From contig SVTL01000007.1 of NCBI GenBank assembly GCA_015063795.1, positions 12,600 to 76,599 on the forward strand: DNA of 64,000 nt, in the 5' to 3' direction. The notes below the pieces were generated by a model. That model was not told the origin of the DNA, did no database searches, and saw nothing but the letters and a program-made list of their open reading frames with translations. Below, one piece after another: positions 10,059 to 19,627 of this stretch. The stretch is from Oscillospiraceae bacterium. Lineage in GTDB: Bacteria; Bacillota; Clostridia; Oscillospirales; CAG-272. The number at the start of each line of letters is the position of its first letter. Within the stretch, counting starts at the first letter, position 1. Made by a program: the position numbers and the translations under genes.

Positions 10059-10649
10059 ATGCCGGACATAATAACAGTAAAAAAGGCACTCCGACAGGAT
10101 TATATCCAGAAAAGAAAAGCCATTCCCGCCGAGAAAAAGGCGGCGGCTGAAAAAAAGATGATCGCCCTCTTCCGCTCGCTGATCTCCTATCGGTATTCCG
10201 ATGTGCTCATGCTCTATTATCCGCTGAACAGCGAGATCGATCCTCTGCCCTTGGCGGAGGCGGCATGGAAGGAGGGGAAAACCGTGGCCTTTCCCAGATG
10301 CGGAGAGGACCATCGGATGGATTTTCGCATCGTTACGTCGCTGTGTGAGGATTTTGAAAGCGGAATGTACGGTCTTCACGAGCCAAAGGAGACCTGCCCG
10401 ATCCTGGATCCGGAAAAGGATGGGCGGTCGAAGATCTGCGTGATCCCCGCTGTGGTCTACGATCGGGAGGGTTACCGTCTCGGCTACGGCAAGGGCTATT
10501 ACGACCGCTATCTCAGCGGCTTTGCGGGGATGAAGGTGGGCTTTGCCTATGAGGAGCTCATCCTCGACCGCATCCCCCGCGGACGGTACGATCTGGCCGT
10601 TGACCTGCTGATCAGCGAAAAGGGGGTTCACAATCTCCATGCGCATTAA
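10059..10649 (+). CDS. 5-formyltetrahydrofolate cyclo-ligase
   Basis: DREGYRLGYGKGYYDRYL signature. Confidence 0.92.
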   Translation: MPDIITVKKALRQDYIQKRKAIPAEKKAAAEKKMIALFRSLISYRYSDVLMLYYPLNSEIDPLPLAEAAWKEGKTVAFPRCGEDHRMDFRIVTSLCEDFESGMYGLHEPKETCPILDPEKDGRSKICVIPAVVYDREGYRLGYGKGYYDRYLSGFAGMKVGFAYEELILDRIPRGRYDLAVDLLISEKGVHNLHAH

Positions 10650-11547
10650 AAGCACGATCACAGCGCCTCTGCTGGTGCTGCTGGTGTATGTTCTTCTGAT
10701 CCTGTCCCGCCTGCTGGATCTGAACATCCTGCAAAGCGGCGACAATGTCTATCTGACCATGATCGTCCTGCAGCTGCTGATTTTGGTCCTGCCCGCCTTC
10801 TTCTATTGCAAGCTGAAGGGCGAGGGCTTTGCGGGAAAGCTGAGGCTGAAGCTGTTTGCTCCGCGCAAGTGGCTGACCGTTTTCTATGCCTTCGGCGTTC
10901 TGGTCTGCGGAAGCGCGCTGATCAATCTGGGTATGCATTACCTGTTCGGCGTGCAGTCCACGGTGGATTACAGTGCCATTCCGAGCGGTTCGCCCAACCT
11001 GCTGTCGATTTTGTATGTGGCCGTCACCTTTGCGGTGGTTCCCGCCTTTGCCGAGGAATTCCTCTTCCGCGGCGTGTTTTTGGCCGAGTATGCACCAAAC
11101 GGAAGCATCACCGCTGCTTTGGTGTCGGCTCTGCTGTTCGCCATGGTCCACTTCAATGCCCGCGGCGCTTTGGTCTATTTCTTCGGCGGTCTTGTCTTCG
11201 CCTTTGTCACCTATGTGACCGATTCGCTCCTCTGCTCGATGCTTCTGCATATGCTGTACAACCTGTTCGGCATATTCCTTGAGGGGTATGTGTGGTCGCT
11301 GATCATGAAGCCAAACAGTCTGGTCTTCTTCCTCTTTACGGTGACGACGCTATTCTTTGTTTTCCTGCTTCTGGCCCTGCATGATGCGGAGCGTTTGTAC
11401 TACATCCGCGGGGTACGGGGCGATCCCTCGCCTCCCGAGGAGAAGCGCGCGTATTACGGAACGCGGGCTTTGAGCGACGGGCTCTTTTCCCCCGGGGTGC
11501 TGGCCTGCATTCTCTTTTTTCTCATTGTGGTGGTCGTTCAGGCCTGA
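10639..11547 (+). CDS. CPBP (CAAX/Abi) intramembrane metalloprotease
   Basis: EEFLFRG, FAMVH, LHMLYN; multiple TM segments. Confidence 0.88.
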   Translation: MRIKSTITAPLLVLLVYVLLILSRLLDLNILQSGDNVYLTMIVLQLLILVLPAFFYCKLKGEGFAGKLRLKLFAPRKWLTVFYAFGVLVCGSALINLGMHYLFGVQSTVDYSAIPSGSPNLLSILYVAVTFAVVPAFAEEFLFRGVFLAEYAPNGSITAALVSALLFAMVHFNARGALVYFFGGLVFAFVTYVTDSLLCSMLLHMLYNLFGIFLEGYVWSLIMKPNSLVFFLFTVTTLFFVFLLLALHDAERLYYIRGVRGDPSPPEEKRAYYGTRALSDGLFSPGVLACILFFLIVVVVQA

Positions 11548-11572
11548 CCGCCAAGCCGTTTAAACCGATGAA

Positions 11573-13351
11573 ATGAAAGGCAATTCTGACATGAACAACA
11601 ATTCTTTTCGCCCCAGGCATGCCAAGCGCGAGCCGAATCTGACTGCGCACGATACCGCGCCGCTTCAGGCAGCCGCGCCGCAAAAGCTTCCGGGTGACAA
11701 GCAGACAGAAACTCCTCCGAAGTCTGTCGGGCAGAGCCCGTCGGATCGGCCGATCCCTGACCAGCCGACGGGTGTGTTTGATGCAAAAGAGATCCGCCGC
11801 GAGGAGGCCGAGTGGTCGCATCTGGAGATCCGTCAGCGCCAGATCCCCAAAAAGCAGGAGGCGCTGGACTTCATCCCCGCCGATAAAACAAGGCCGATTC
11901 AGCCGCGCGTGAGACCGGTTCCTTCTTCGCAAACGCCGTCCGTCCGCACGGGCAGCGCTTCGCCGCAGGCTGCACAGCCTTCTTCCGCATCGAAGCCGAC
12001 CCCTGCCCGTCCGACCGCGCAAGTCCCGCATCCGACCGCGCAAGTCCCGCATCCGACCGCGTCGGTCCCGCATCCGACCTCATCGGCACCGAAAGCGGTT
12101 TCCCCTGTCCCGTTTCCGACCGCACCGGCACCGAAGCCGGCATCGCCTGCCCCCAAGCCCATGGAGCTGATGGGGGTTGACTTTGAATACACCTATGTGG
12201 ACGCGGAAAAGGAAACTGCCGCCGATGACACCGATGCGTTTGACACCGATGCCTTCTCCACCGAGGAGCAGGAGTTTTCGGGAAGCACGGCGAAGAATGT
12301 CATTCTCGGCATCACCAAGGCGCTGATCTATATCGTGTTCGTTCTGTCCGTTTCGGTGGTAGGCGCTCTGACCGTCATCCGCTGCGGAAACGACGTGTTT
12401 GCCTTCGTCAAGCCCACCGATGAGGTAACGCTGTCCATCGGCGAATACGCCACGGTGGACGAGCTGGCCGAGCTGCTGGGAACCAACGAGGTCATCGACT
12501 ATCCCTTCGTCTTCCGCCTGTTCGCCAAGCTGAAGAAGGACGACGGCAAATTCGTGGCGGGCACATACACCGTCTCGCCCTCCATGAATTACGATGAGCT
12601 GCTGAGCGCTTTTAAGAAAAAACTGGCCAAGAAGGAGGAGATCCGTCTCACCATCCCCGAGGGCTATACGGTGGATGACATCATTGACCTCTTCCTGGAA
12701 AACGGTATGGGCACGCGCGAGGGCTTTGTGGAGGCCATCAACGAATACGAATACGAGTATTGGTTCGTCAAGGAGCTGACCGAGATCTCGCCCAACCGCA
12801 AGTACCGTCTGGAGGGCTACCTCTATCCCGACACCTACGATTTCTATAAGGATTGGGAGGAAACAGTGATCATCTCCCGCTTCCTTGCCAACTTTGACAA
12901 GAAATTCTCCAAGGAATACCGCGAAAGCTGTGCCGAGCAGGGCTATACGGTGGACGATGTGGTCAATCTGGCATCCATCATCCAAATGGAGGCGAAGTAT
13001 TCCGATGAATATGCAGTCGTTTCCTCGGTGCTGCACAACCGTCTGAACAATGTGACGGTCTTCAACCGCCGTCTCGACTGCGATGCCACCATCCAGTATA
13101 CCTTCGACGAGCGCAAGCCGGTGATGGAGGAGGGCGACACCGCCATCGACACACCCTATAACACGTATCTTTACGGCGGATTGCCTCCGGGGCCGATTTC
13201 CAACCCCGTGATGAGCGCGGTCGATGCCGCTCTCTTCCCTGATGACACCAATTATTGTTACTTCATTGCCCAAAGAAACGGCCGTCTCCGCTTTGCCAAA
13301 ACGCTGAATGAGCACAACGCCAACGTGGCCGACATCAAGGCAGGAAATTAA
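11573..13351 (+). CDS. mltG: Endolytic transglycosylase MltG with a long Pro-rich N-terminal extension
   Basis: LEGYLYPDTY, LASIIQMEA, NTYLYGGLPPGPISNP; one TM segment near aa 250. Confidence 0.9.
   Translation: MKGNSDMNNNSFRPRHAKREPNLTAHDTAPLQAAAPQKLPGDKQTETPPKSVGQSPSDRPIPDQPTGVFDAKEIRREEAEWSHLEIRQRQIPKKQEALDFIPADKTRPIQPRVRPVPSSQTPSVRTGSASPQAAQPSSASKPTPARPTAQVPHPTAQVPHPTASVPHPTSSAPKAVSPVPFPTAPAPKPASPAPKPMELMGVDFEYTYVDAEKETAADDTDAFDTDAFSTEEQEFSGSTAKNVILGITKALIYIVFVLSVSVVGALTVIRCGNDVFAFVKPTDEVTLSIGEYATVDELAELLGTNEVIDYPFVFRLFAKLKKDDGKFVAGTYTVSPSMNYDELLSAFKKKLAKKEEIRLTIPEGYTVDDIIDLFLENGMGTREGFVEAINEYEYEYWFVKELTEISPNRKYRLEGYLYPDTYDFYKDWEETVIISRFLANFDKKFSKEYRESCAEQGYTVDDVVNLASIIQMEAKYSDEYAVVSSVLHNRLNNVTVFNRRLDCDATIQYTFDERKPVMEEGDTAIDTPYNTYLYGGLPPGPISNPVMSAVDAALFPDDTNYCYFIAQRNGRLRFAKTLNEHNANVADIKAGN
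12011..12080 (+). repeat. 21-bp coding tandem repeat (PTAQVPH) in the mltG N-terminal extension
   Basis: CCGACCGCGCAAGTCCCGCAT x2, then degenerate copies. Confidence 0.85.
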
Positions 13352-13464
13352 GGAGCGCCTTAAGGATATTAACTTTTTTTCGAAAAGGACTTGATTTTCT
13401 AAAAGAAATGGTTTATTATATTAAGAAGAGAGAGCGAACCTTGTAGAAAAAGAGGGTATTGGGT

Positions 13465-13932
13465 ATGGATCATATCGACGAGCAATTGCTGATGATGCTT
13501 CAGGAAAACGCGAGAACGCCGCTCAAGCAGTTGGCGGAAAAAGTGTATCTTTCCTCGCCTGCGGTGGCTGCGCGCATCGAAAAGCTGGAGAAGGACAACA
13601 CGATCAAGGGCTATCATGCCGAGGTCAATTGGCTGAAGTTGGGATATCACATTACGGCTTTCATCAACCTTGAGGTGGAGCCGATCCAGAAGCCGAAGTT
13701 TTATCCTTTCATCAAAAGCTGTCCGAATGTGGTGGAATGCAACTGTGTGACCGGTCAGTATACGATGCTGATCAAGGTCTGCTTCAAGAGCACCATGGAG
13801 CTGGATGCCTTCATCGGCAAGATCCAGCGCTTTGGCAGAACCAGCACGCAGATCGTATTCTCCACGGCGGTGGAGCATCGCGGTGTGCAGGAATTGAGCT
13901 TCGAAGAGGAAGAGCATCAGGCAAAGGAATAA
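13465..13932 (+). CDS. Lrp/AsnC family transcriptional regulator
   Basis: LQENARTPLKQLAEKVYLSSPAVAARIEKLE HTH; VTGQY AsnC domain. Confidence 0.92.
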   Translation: MDHIDEQLLMMLQENARTPLKQLAEKVYLSSPAVAARIEKLEKDNTIKGYHAEVNWLKLGYHITAFINLEVEPIQKPKFYPFIKSCPNVVECNCVTGQYTMLIKVCFKSTMELDAFIGKIQRFGRTSTQIVFSTAVEHRGVQELSFEEEEHQAKE

Positions 13933-14008
13933 GGAATGTTCGCGGCGAGCGTCGTTTTTTCAAGCGATGTTCGCCGTCTCTGTTTGGAAAAGGACCGAGA
14001 GGAGATCT

Positions 14009-14569
14009 ATGGCAAAAGCAAAGGACATTGTGTCGCTGTTTGTGCAGTTTTTGAAATTCGGCTTTTTCACCTTCGGCGGCGGATGGAGCATTGTGGCTCA
14101 GATGCGGAGAGTGTATGTGGTGGAAAAGGGCTGCCTGAGCGACGAAGAGCTGCTGGATCTGACCAGCGTTGGGCGCAGTCTGCCCGGAATCATGATCGGC
14201 AATGTGGCCATGCTGTTCGGCTACCGTCAAGCGGGTGTTTTGGGCGGCATCGCCTGCGTGCTGGGGCTGACGCTGCCTCCGATGGCGGTGCTGTCGGTCA
14301 TCACGCTGTTTTATACCGCCTTCCGCGACAGCAAGCCGGTGGCGGCCGCCATGAACGGCATCCGTGCAGCGGTCATTCCCATCATTCTCAGCGCCGCTTT
14401 GCCCTTGATCAAGGGGAATGTGAACAGCGCGTTCGGCGTTGTGCTGGTGTTGCTCGGCTTCGCTTTGTACCTGTTCGCGGGGATGAACTGTGTGTGGATC
14501 GTGCTGATCGGCGCGGTGTGCGGCGTTTTGTACCGCCTGTACGCAGTGAAACGGGGGGACAGACGATGA
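14009..14569 (+). CDS. Short-chain chromate transporter (CHR), subunit 1
   Basis: FLKFGFFTFGGG, SLPG motifs. Confidence 0.88.
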   Translation: MAKAKDIVSLFVQFLKFGFFTFGGGWSIVAQMRRVYVVEKGCLSDEELLDLTSVGRSLPGIMIGNVAMLFGYRQAGVLGGIACVLGLTLPPMAVLSVITLFYTAFRDSKPVAAAMNGIRAAVIPIILSAALPLIKGNVNSAFGVVLVLLGFALYLFAGMNCVWIVLIGAVCGVLYRLYAVKRGDRR

Positions 14570-15117
14570 TGACGCTGCTTCGCCTGTTCTGGAGCTTTGC
14601 CAAGATCGGCTTCACCAGCTTCGGCGGCTTGTCCATGATTCCGCTGATCAACGAGGAAATGATCCAAAACGGCTGGATGACAGCCGCAGAGGTGTCGGAT
14701 ATTGTGGCCATCGCGGAGATGACACCGGGACCTTTGGGGATCAACTGCGCCACCTTTGCCGGCATTCGTGCGGCGGGGCTTGCAGGGGCGGCGGCTGCCA
14801 ACATCGGCGTTCTGATGCCCACGCTGACGCTGACACTGCTTGCCGCGGCCTTCTTCCACAAATTCAAAAACAGCCAAGGGATGAAAGCGGTTATGAGCGG
14901 TGTGCGTCCTGCCTGCATCGGGATGATCTTCGCGCTCTGCGTGTCCATGAGCCTGACCAACTACACATCCGACGGCGCACTGTATCTGCCGTATGTCCTG
15001 CTGGGAGGTGCGGATCTTTTCCTGCTTTTGAAGGCAAAGATGAGCGTTCCTGCCGTGATCGGCATCAACGCTTTGGCGGGTGTCCTGCTCTTCGGCGGTC
15101 TTCTGCCTCCTGTGTGA
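14566..15117 (+). CDS. Short-chain chromate transporter (CHR), subunit 2
   Basis: FAKIGFTSFGG, AEMTPGPLGINCATFAG. Confidence 0.88.
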   Translation: MMTLLRLFWSFAKIGFTSFGGLSMIPLINEEMIQNGWMTAAEVSDIVAIAEMTPGPLGINCATFAGIRAAGLAGAAAANIGVLMPTLTLTLLAAAFFHKFKNSQGMKAVMSGVRPACIGMIFALCVSMSLTNYTSDGALYLPYVLLGGADLFLLLKAKMSVPAVIGINALAGVLLFGGLLPPV

Positions 15118-15137
15118 CATAGAAAGAGAAAACAGTC

Positions 15138-15866
15138 GTGAATCATAGTCAAGAAAAAACCAAACAAATCAAACAAAGCAAGAGCCGGCATCCGCTGCTC
15201 CTGCGCGCCCTGCTTGATACGCTCCCGGTCATGACCGGCTATGTGGTGCTGGGCTTCGGCTTTGGGCTGCTGATGAAGGCCAACGGCTACGGCCCGCTGT
15301 GGACGATTGCCATGAGCCTGTTCGTGTATGCCGGCTCGATGCAGTATGCGGCGGTGGGGCTGATGGCAAGCGGTGCCTCGCTTCTCACGGCGGCATTGAC
15401 CACGCTGATGGTCAACGCCAGACATTTGTTCTACGGCATCTCTATGATCGAGCGCTATCGGGATGCGGGCTGGCGGAAGGGTTATCTGATCTTTGCTCTT
15501 ACCGACGAGACCTATTCGCTGGTCTGCCGCGACATCGAGGGCATCGAGAAAGGCGAACGGCGGGATTACGACCTGCTGGTTTCGTTGCTTGACCACATCT
15601 ATTGGGTGAGCGGTTCGATGCTGGGCGCTTTGGCGGGCATACTGATCCCCTTTGACAGCAGCGGCATCGAATTTGCTCTGACCGCGCTGTTTCTGACCGT
15701 GTTTGTGGAGCAGTGGCTGTCGAAACAAGACCACAAGCCTGCGCTGATCGGCGTTTTGGTGACGGTTGTGTCGCTTCTGATCTTCGGCAGCGAGCATTTT
15801 CTGATTCCGGCGATGATCGTGATCCTGCCGCTTCTTTGCGGATACCGAGAGGGGGAGAGCGTATGA
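15138..15866 (+). CDS. azlC: AzlC-family branched-chain amino acid exporter
   Basis: YAGSMQY, VNARHLFYG, LTDETYS, FALTALF. Confidence 0.9.
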   Translation: MNHSQEKTKQIKQSKSRHPLLLRALLDTLPVMTGYVVLGFGFGLLMKANGYGPLWTIAMSLFVYAGSMQYAAVGLMASGASLLTAALTTLMVNARHLFYGISMIERYRDAGWRKGYLIFALTDETYSLVCRDIEGIEKGERRDYDLLVSLLDHIYWVSGSMLGALAGILIPFDSSGIEFALTALFLTVFVEQWLSKQDHKPALIGVLVTVVSLLIFGSEHFLIPAMIVILPLLCGYREGESV

Positions 15867-16189
15867 ACGGCGGAAAAGAATGGCTGATGATCGCGGTGAT
15901 CGCGCTGGTGACAGCGGCTTTGCGCTTCCTGCCCTTTGCAGTCTTCAGCGGCAGCCGCAAAACGCCGGCCATCGTGCAAAAGCTGGGGCGGCTCCTGCCG
16001 TATGCGGCCATGGGCATGCTGGTGGTCTATTGCCTCAAGGACGTGTCCTTCGCTTCCTTGGCGGGCTTTCTTCCCTCGCTGATCGCCTCTGTGCTGGTGG
16101 TCGTCCTTCACCTGTGGAAGCGGAACACGCTCATCAGCATCGTCTGCGGAACGGTCTGCTATATGCTGCTGGTCCAGACCGTGTTTTGA
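15863..16189 (+). CDS. azlD: AzlD-family exporter small subunit
   Basis: RFLPFAVF, LPYAAMGMLVVYCLK, HLWKRNTLISI. Confidence 0.9.
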   Translation: MNGGKEWLMIAVIALVTAALRFLPFAVFSGSRKTPAIVQKLGRLLPYAAMGMLVVYCLKDVSFASLAGFLPSLIASVLVVVLHLWKRNTLISIVCGTVCYMLLVQTVF

Positions 16190-16227
16190 AGAAAGCGAAA
16201 AGCAAATCTTTTTTGAAGAAAAAAACA

Positions 16228-16264
16228 AAAACCGCTTGCGAAAACAGGCGGTTTTGTCTATAAT
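16228..16264 (+). promoter_or_regulatory. Terminator hairpin after azlD overlapping a sigma-A promoter of the next gene
   Basis: AAAACCGCTTG-CGAAAA-CAGGCGGTTTT hairpin; TTGCGA(16236)-17 nt-TATAAT(16259). Confidence 0.6.
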
Positions 16265-16301
16265 AGAATGACCAAAACAAAAAAGAAACGGAACAAACAT
16301 C

Positions 16302-17432
16302 ATGAACGAAAAAGAAATTGCCGAGCTTCGCCGCCGCTTCCGTCCCGATAAGACCAACATCACCAAGGTGCGCGGCTGTTATGTCAACGAATCGAAGGAG
16401 ATCGTGTCCACCTTCGAGCAGCCTCTCTGCCTGATGGCCGAGGACGAGAGCGAGGGCATTCTGAAAATTTTGAAGAAAACGCTGTCCGGTCAGGTGGGAA
16501 AGAATTTGATCGACATCGAGTTTACCAACGGGCAGGTGCTGGAGGGGGAGGAGCATAAGCTGCTGTCCCGTCTGCGCGAGAGTGCTTTGGAGGACAAGGA
16601 GGCCGTGTCCGACTTCTTCACCCGCGCGGTGGAGAGCATCCAATTCGACGGCAGCTACCTGCTGATGCTGATCAGCGACAGCTATGACGTGTTTTCCTAC
16701 GGCAAGGACGGCAGCAAGAACGAGGATTCTGTGTCGGTATTCTCGTATATTCTCAGCTGTGTCTGTCCTGTCAAGCTGACCACGCCCCAGATCAGCTATT
16801 ACACCGGCGAAAATGCCTTCCATAACATCGCCGTCCATTCGGTGGTGGCCTCTCCCGAATTCGGCTTCCTCTTTCCCGCCTTCGACGACCGTACCGCCAA
16901 CATCTACAACGCCCTTTTCTACACCCGTAACCTGTCCGACGATCACGAATCCTTCATCGACCGCATCTTCGGCAGCCGCGCACCCATGCCCGCCGACGTG
17001 CAGAAGGAGGTCTTTCAGACCGTGCTGGCCACCAGCGTGCCCGAAGCAGGGACGATGGAATTTGTCCGCTCCTTCCATGAGCAGGTCAGCGATCTGATGG
17101 ACGCGGAACAGGAGCAGGACGAGGAGGACGAAGCGCTGATGCTCTCCGCGGAAAAGATCGGCGGTCTGATCCGAGACTGCGGCGGAGAGGAGACCAGCGC
17201 GGAGCGCTTTGAGAAGGAGTACAAGGCGCAGTTCGGCGAGGCCAAGCTTTTGCCGAAAAATCTCATCGACCGTAAGCATTTCGAGGTGAAAACGCCGGAT
17301 GTGGTCATCAAGGTCAATCCCGACCGTCTGGATCTGGTCCGCACCGAGGTCATCAACGGAGCGAAGTACATCCTCATCCGTGCCGATGACAATGTGGAGG
17401 TCAACGGCATGGACATCAAGATCACGCAGTAA
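16302..17432 (+). CDS. Conserved Clostridia protein, DUF4317-like
   Basis: MNEKEIAELRRRF, ILKKTLSG, GFLFPAFDDR, IKVNPDR...YILI; recognised family pattern. Confidence 0.75.
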   Translation: MNEKEIAELRRRFRPDKTNITKVRGCYVNESKEIVSTFEQPLCLMAEDESEGILKILKKTLSGQVGKNLIDIEFTNGQVLEGEEHKLLSRLRESALEDKEAVSDFFTRAVESIQFDGSYLLMLISDSYDVFSYGKDGSKNEDSVSVFSYILSCVCPVKLTTPQISYYTGENAFHNIAVHSVVASPEFGFLFPAFDDRTANIYNALFYTRNLSDDHESFIDRIFGSRAPMPADVQKEVFQTVLATSVPEAGTMEFVRSFHEQVSDLMDAEQEQDEEDEALMLSAEKIGGLIRDCGGEETSAERFEKEYKAQFGEAKLLPKNLIDRKHFEVKTPDVVIKVNPDRLDLVRTEVINGAKYILIRADDNVEVNGMDIKITQ

Positions 17433-17497
17433 AGACATTGTAAAAGGCTGTCAAAAAAGACAGCCTTCCATTTTTTGCTTTTATCAGGATAACCGTA

Positions 17498-17959
17498 TTA
17501 TAACAGCGCTTCGATCCAATCGCCGCCCTCATGCTCCTTATGGGCATATTGCTCGCTCAGTTTCTCTTCAAGAAAAACGCGGAGCGTCTGCTCCATGCCC
17601 TCGGCCCATTGATCGGAGGGGATGGAGGAAAGATCGGCAAAAGACACCTCTCCCTCGCTTGAGGAGCGGAGAACACCCGAAAAGCGGTCGGTCTTGTAGA
17701 GCAGAACCGCATACCGTCTGCCGTCCGGCCAGGCATAATCCTTGATGCCGCAGAGGGTGAGATGAGAAACGGTGAGCCCGGTCTCCTCCAACACCTCCCG
17801 CTTGACCGCCTCGGTGAACGATTCGCCCCTTTCCACGTGTCCGCCGGGGAAGGTCAGCCCGGGCCATTTGGGATCAACTCGCTTTTGCACAAGCACACGA
17901 CCGTTTTCATCGGTGATCATGCACATATTGGTGAAGGTAACCTGCTCGCTCTGCTTCAT
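17498..17959 (-). CDS. Nudix hydrolase, 8-oxo-dGTPase-like
   Basis: Nudix box GGHVERGESFTEAVKREVLEETGL. Confidence 0.9.
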   Translation of the reverse strand: MKQSEQVTFTNMCMITDENGRVLVQKRVDPKWPGLTFPGGHVERGESFTEAVKREVLEETGLTVSHLTLCGIKDYAWPDGRRYAVLLYKTDRFSGVLRSSSEGEVSFADLSSIPSDQWAEGMEQTLRVFLEEKLSEQYAHKEHEGGDWIEALL

Positions 17960-17999
17960 GGGGTGACTCCTTATCGTTTCTTAGATGGACATATCAAGG

Positions 18000-18030
18000 A
18001 AAAAAGCACTTACGAATGCAAGTGCTTTTT
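18000..18030 (-). terminator. Terminator directly after the tRNA
   Basis: AAAAAGCACTT-acgaatgc-AAGTGCTTTTT. Confidence 0.7.
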
Positions 18031-18106
18031 GGTGGGCCATCAAGGACTCGAACCTTGGACCGACCGGTTATGAGCCGGTAGCTCTAACCAACTGAGCTAA
18101 TGGCCC
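18030..18106 (-). tRNA. tRNA with CAU anticodon, most likely tRNA-Ile2 (lysidine-modified)
   Basis: GGGCCATTAGCTCAGTTGGTTAGAGCTACCGGCTCATAACCGGTCGGTCCAAGGTTCGAGTCCTTGATGGCCCACCA: cloverleaf, encoded CCA, GGCTCATAACC arm typical of Firmicute Ile2. Confidence 0.9.
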
Positions 18107-18260
18107 GCAGTGTATGTTATCTGCGCGAAGTTTATTTTATCACAAAAGATCCTTTTTGTAAAGAGATTTTTGAAAAAAGATTTCCTTTTCCGCGATCCCT
18201 TGAAAAAAAGGCGGAAGTGTGATAGAATACAGAAAAAGGATGATCGGGAGGTTGAGTGGG

Positions 18261-18773
18261 ATGAGACTGTTTGTGGCGCTTCCGTTTCCGGAGGATGTGA
18301 AAAATAGGCTGATGAAGACCGGGCAGGAGCTGTTGGCATCCTGCCGCTCGGCGAACCTGACCAAGAAAGAGAATCTCCATCTCACGCTGGCATTCATCGG
18401 TGAGACAAATGACCACCGCTCTGCCATCCGTGCGCTGTCCGGCATTGAGCAGAGCGCCTTTTCGCTGACGTTAAAGGGAAGCGGACACTTCGGCGATCTG
18501 TATTGGGTGGGGGTGGAGAAAAACGAAGCCCTGCTACAGCTGATGAAAAAAACGCAGACTTCCCTCCGCACCGCCGGCTTTCCCATCGAGCAGAGGGAGA
18601 ACATCCCTCATGTGACCATCGCCCGACGCGTGGAGACCGACCGTCCGCCGAAAATCGCCTTTGACGAAATCACCTTCCCCTGCCACGCCTTCCACCTGAT
18701 GGTCTCCGAGCGCATCGGCGGGAAATTGACCTACCGCAGTCTTTACCGAAAGGATCTGACACCTCTATGCTGA
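18261..18773 (+). CDS. thpR: RNA 2',3'-cyclic phosphodiesterase (2H family)
   Basis: MRLFVAL start and two HxT motifs (LHLTLAFIG, PHVTIAR). Confidence 0.88.
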   Translation: MRLFVALPFPEDVKNRLMKTGQELLASCRSANLTKKENLHLTLAFIGETNDHRSAIRALSGIEQSAFSLTLKGSGHFGDLYWVGVEKNEALLQLMKKTQTSLRTAGFPIEQRENIPHVTIARRVETDRPPKIAFDEITFPCHAFHLMVSERIGGKLTYRSLYRKDLTPLC

Positions 18774-19330
18774 CCAACATGACCTTTGACGCCTTTGATG
18801 AATTTTTTGACATTCTTTCCGCCTCTTTTCCCAAGGAGGAGTACCGTCCGTATGCCGCGCAGAAGCGGCTGTTTGATAAGGCCGAGTACGGCATCCTTAT
18901 CCTGCCTTATGCGGACGTGGCAGAGACCAACGCCGACGGCAAGACCATCGCCGCTTTTCTCGCCCTCTGGGATTTCGGCACCTTTGCTTACCTGGAGCAT
19001 TTTGCCGTTCGGAGCGAGCTTCGGTCGATGGGACTGGGCGCGCGCCTGCTGAAGGAGGCAGGGGAGAGACTGAAAAAGCCGCTGGTGCTGGAATGCGAGC
19101 CTCACGGTGCCAACGAAATGGCCGACCGCCGCATCGCCTTTTATGAGCGGAACGGCTTTGTTCTCAACGAGTATCCCTACATCCAGCCGTCCATGGGGGA
19201 GGGAAGAGATCCCATTCCGCTGATGCTGATGACGTCGCCCTCTGCCATCGATGAGGAAACCTTTGCTTTTTACCGCGGCACGCTTTACGAAAAAGTGTAC
19301 GAAACCCTTGACAAAAAAGAGAGGGTATGA
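18767..19330 (+). CDS. GNAT family N-acetyltransferase
   Basis: LEHFAVRSELRSMGLG, RRIAFYERNGF. Confidence 0.85.
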   Translation: MLTNMTFDAFDEFFDILSASFPKEEYRPYAAQKRLFDKAEYGILILPYADVAETNADGKTIAAFLALWDFGTFAYLEHFAVRSELRSMGLGARLLKEAGERLKKPLVLECEPHGANEMADRRIAFYERNGFVLNEYPYIQPSMGEGRDPIPLMLMTSPSAIDEETFAFYRGTLYEKVYETLDKKERV

Positions 19331-19336
19331 TAGAAT
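19308..19336 (+). promoter_or_regulatory. Sigma-A promoter of the T-box/cocE/valS transcript
   Basis: TTGACA-17 nt-TAGAAT with extended TG. Confidence 0.8.
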
Positions 19337-19344
19337 GGAAGAAA

Positions 19345-19600
19345 GGCAAAGACGAGGAGTAGTAGCTTCCCAACCCTTTTTTCAGAGAGCCGCCGTCGGT
19401 GGGAGAGCGGTAAAGGATGGAATGCGAAGTAGCCTCCGAGCCCCGGCCCGAACGAGTTTTCTCTTCAGTAGGCGTCGGCGTGTGCGCCCGTTACAGCGCG
19501 AGACGGTTTTTTGCTGTCGCAGAGTGCGCCGCAAGGCGAAAATGGGTGGTACCGCGCAAGAATTTGCGTCCTGTTTTGAAAAGAAACGGGGCGTTTTTTG
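19345..19600 (+). ncRNA. T-box riboswitch, valine specifier
   Basis: AGTA, CAGAGAG and GGTGGGAG stem I elements; GAA-GTA specifier (GTA at 19429-19431); T-box AATGGGTGGTACCGCG at 19541-19556; terminator GCGTCCTGTTT...AAACGGGGCGTTTTTT. Confidence 0.9.
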
Positions 19601-19627
19601 TTTGCCCCGAAATGATGGAGGTTTAAT

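Noticed and set aside
12011-12080. 21-bp repeats considered as CRISPR-like
   Set aside because: They are contiguous in-frame coding repeats without unique spacers.
13936-15117. 393-aa ORF suggesting a fused long-chain chromate transporter
   Set aside because: Its N-terminal half is an off-frame overlap of the first CHR gene; the real second gene starts at 14566.
18030-18106. tRNA as Met tRNA or as an integration site
   Set aside because: The G1-C72 pair and lack of three consecutive G-C pairs in the anticodon stem argue against initiator tRNA, and the sequence resembles Ile2. I found no duplicated 3' end or integrase nearby.
17498-19330. Nudix, tRNA, ThpR and GNAT cluster as an RNA repair or toxin system
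   Set aside because: The genes lie in divergent units, no rtcB or antitoxin-like partner is present, and all are common stand-alone genes.
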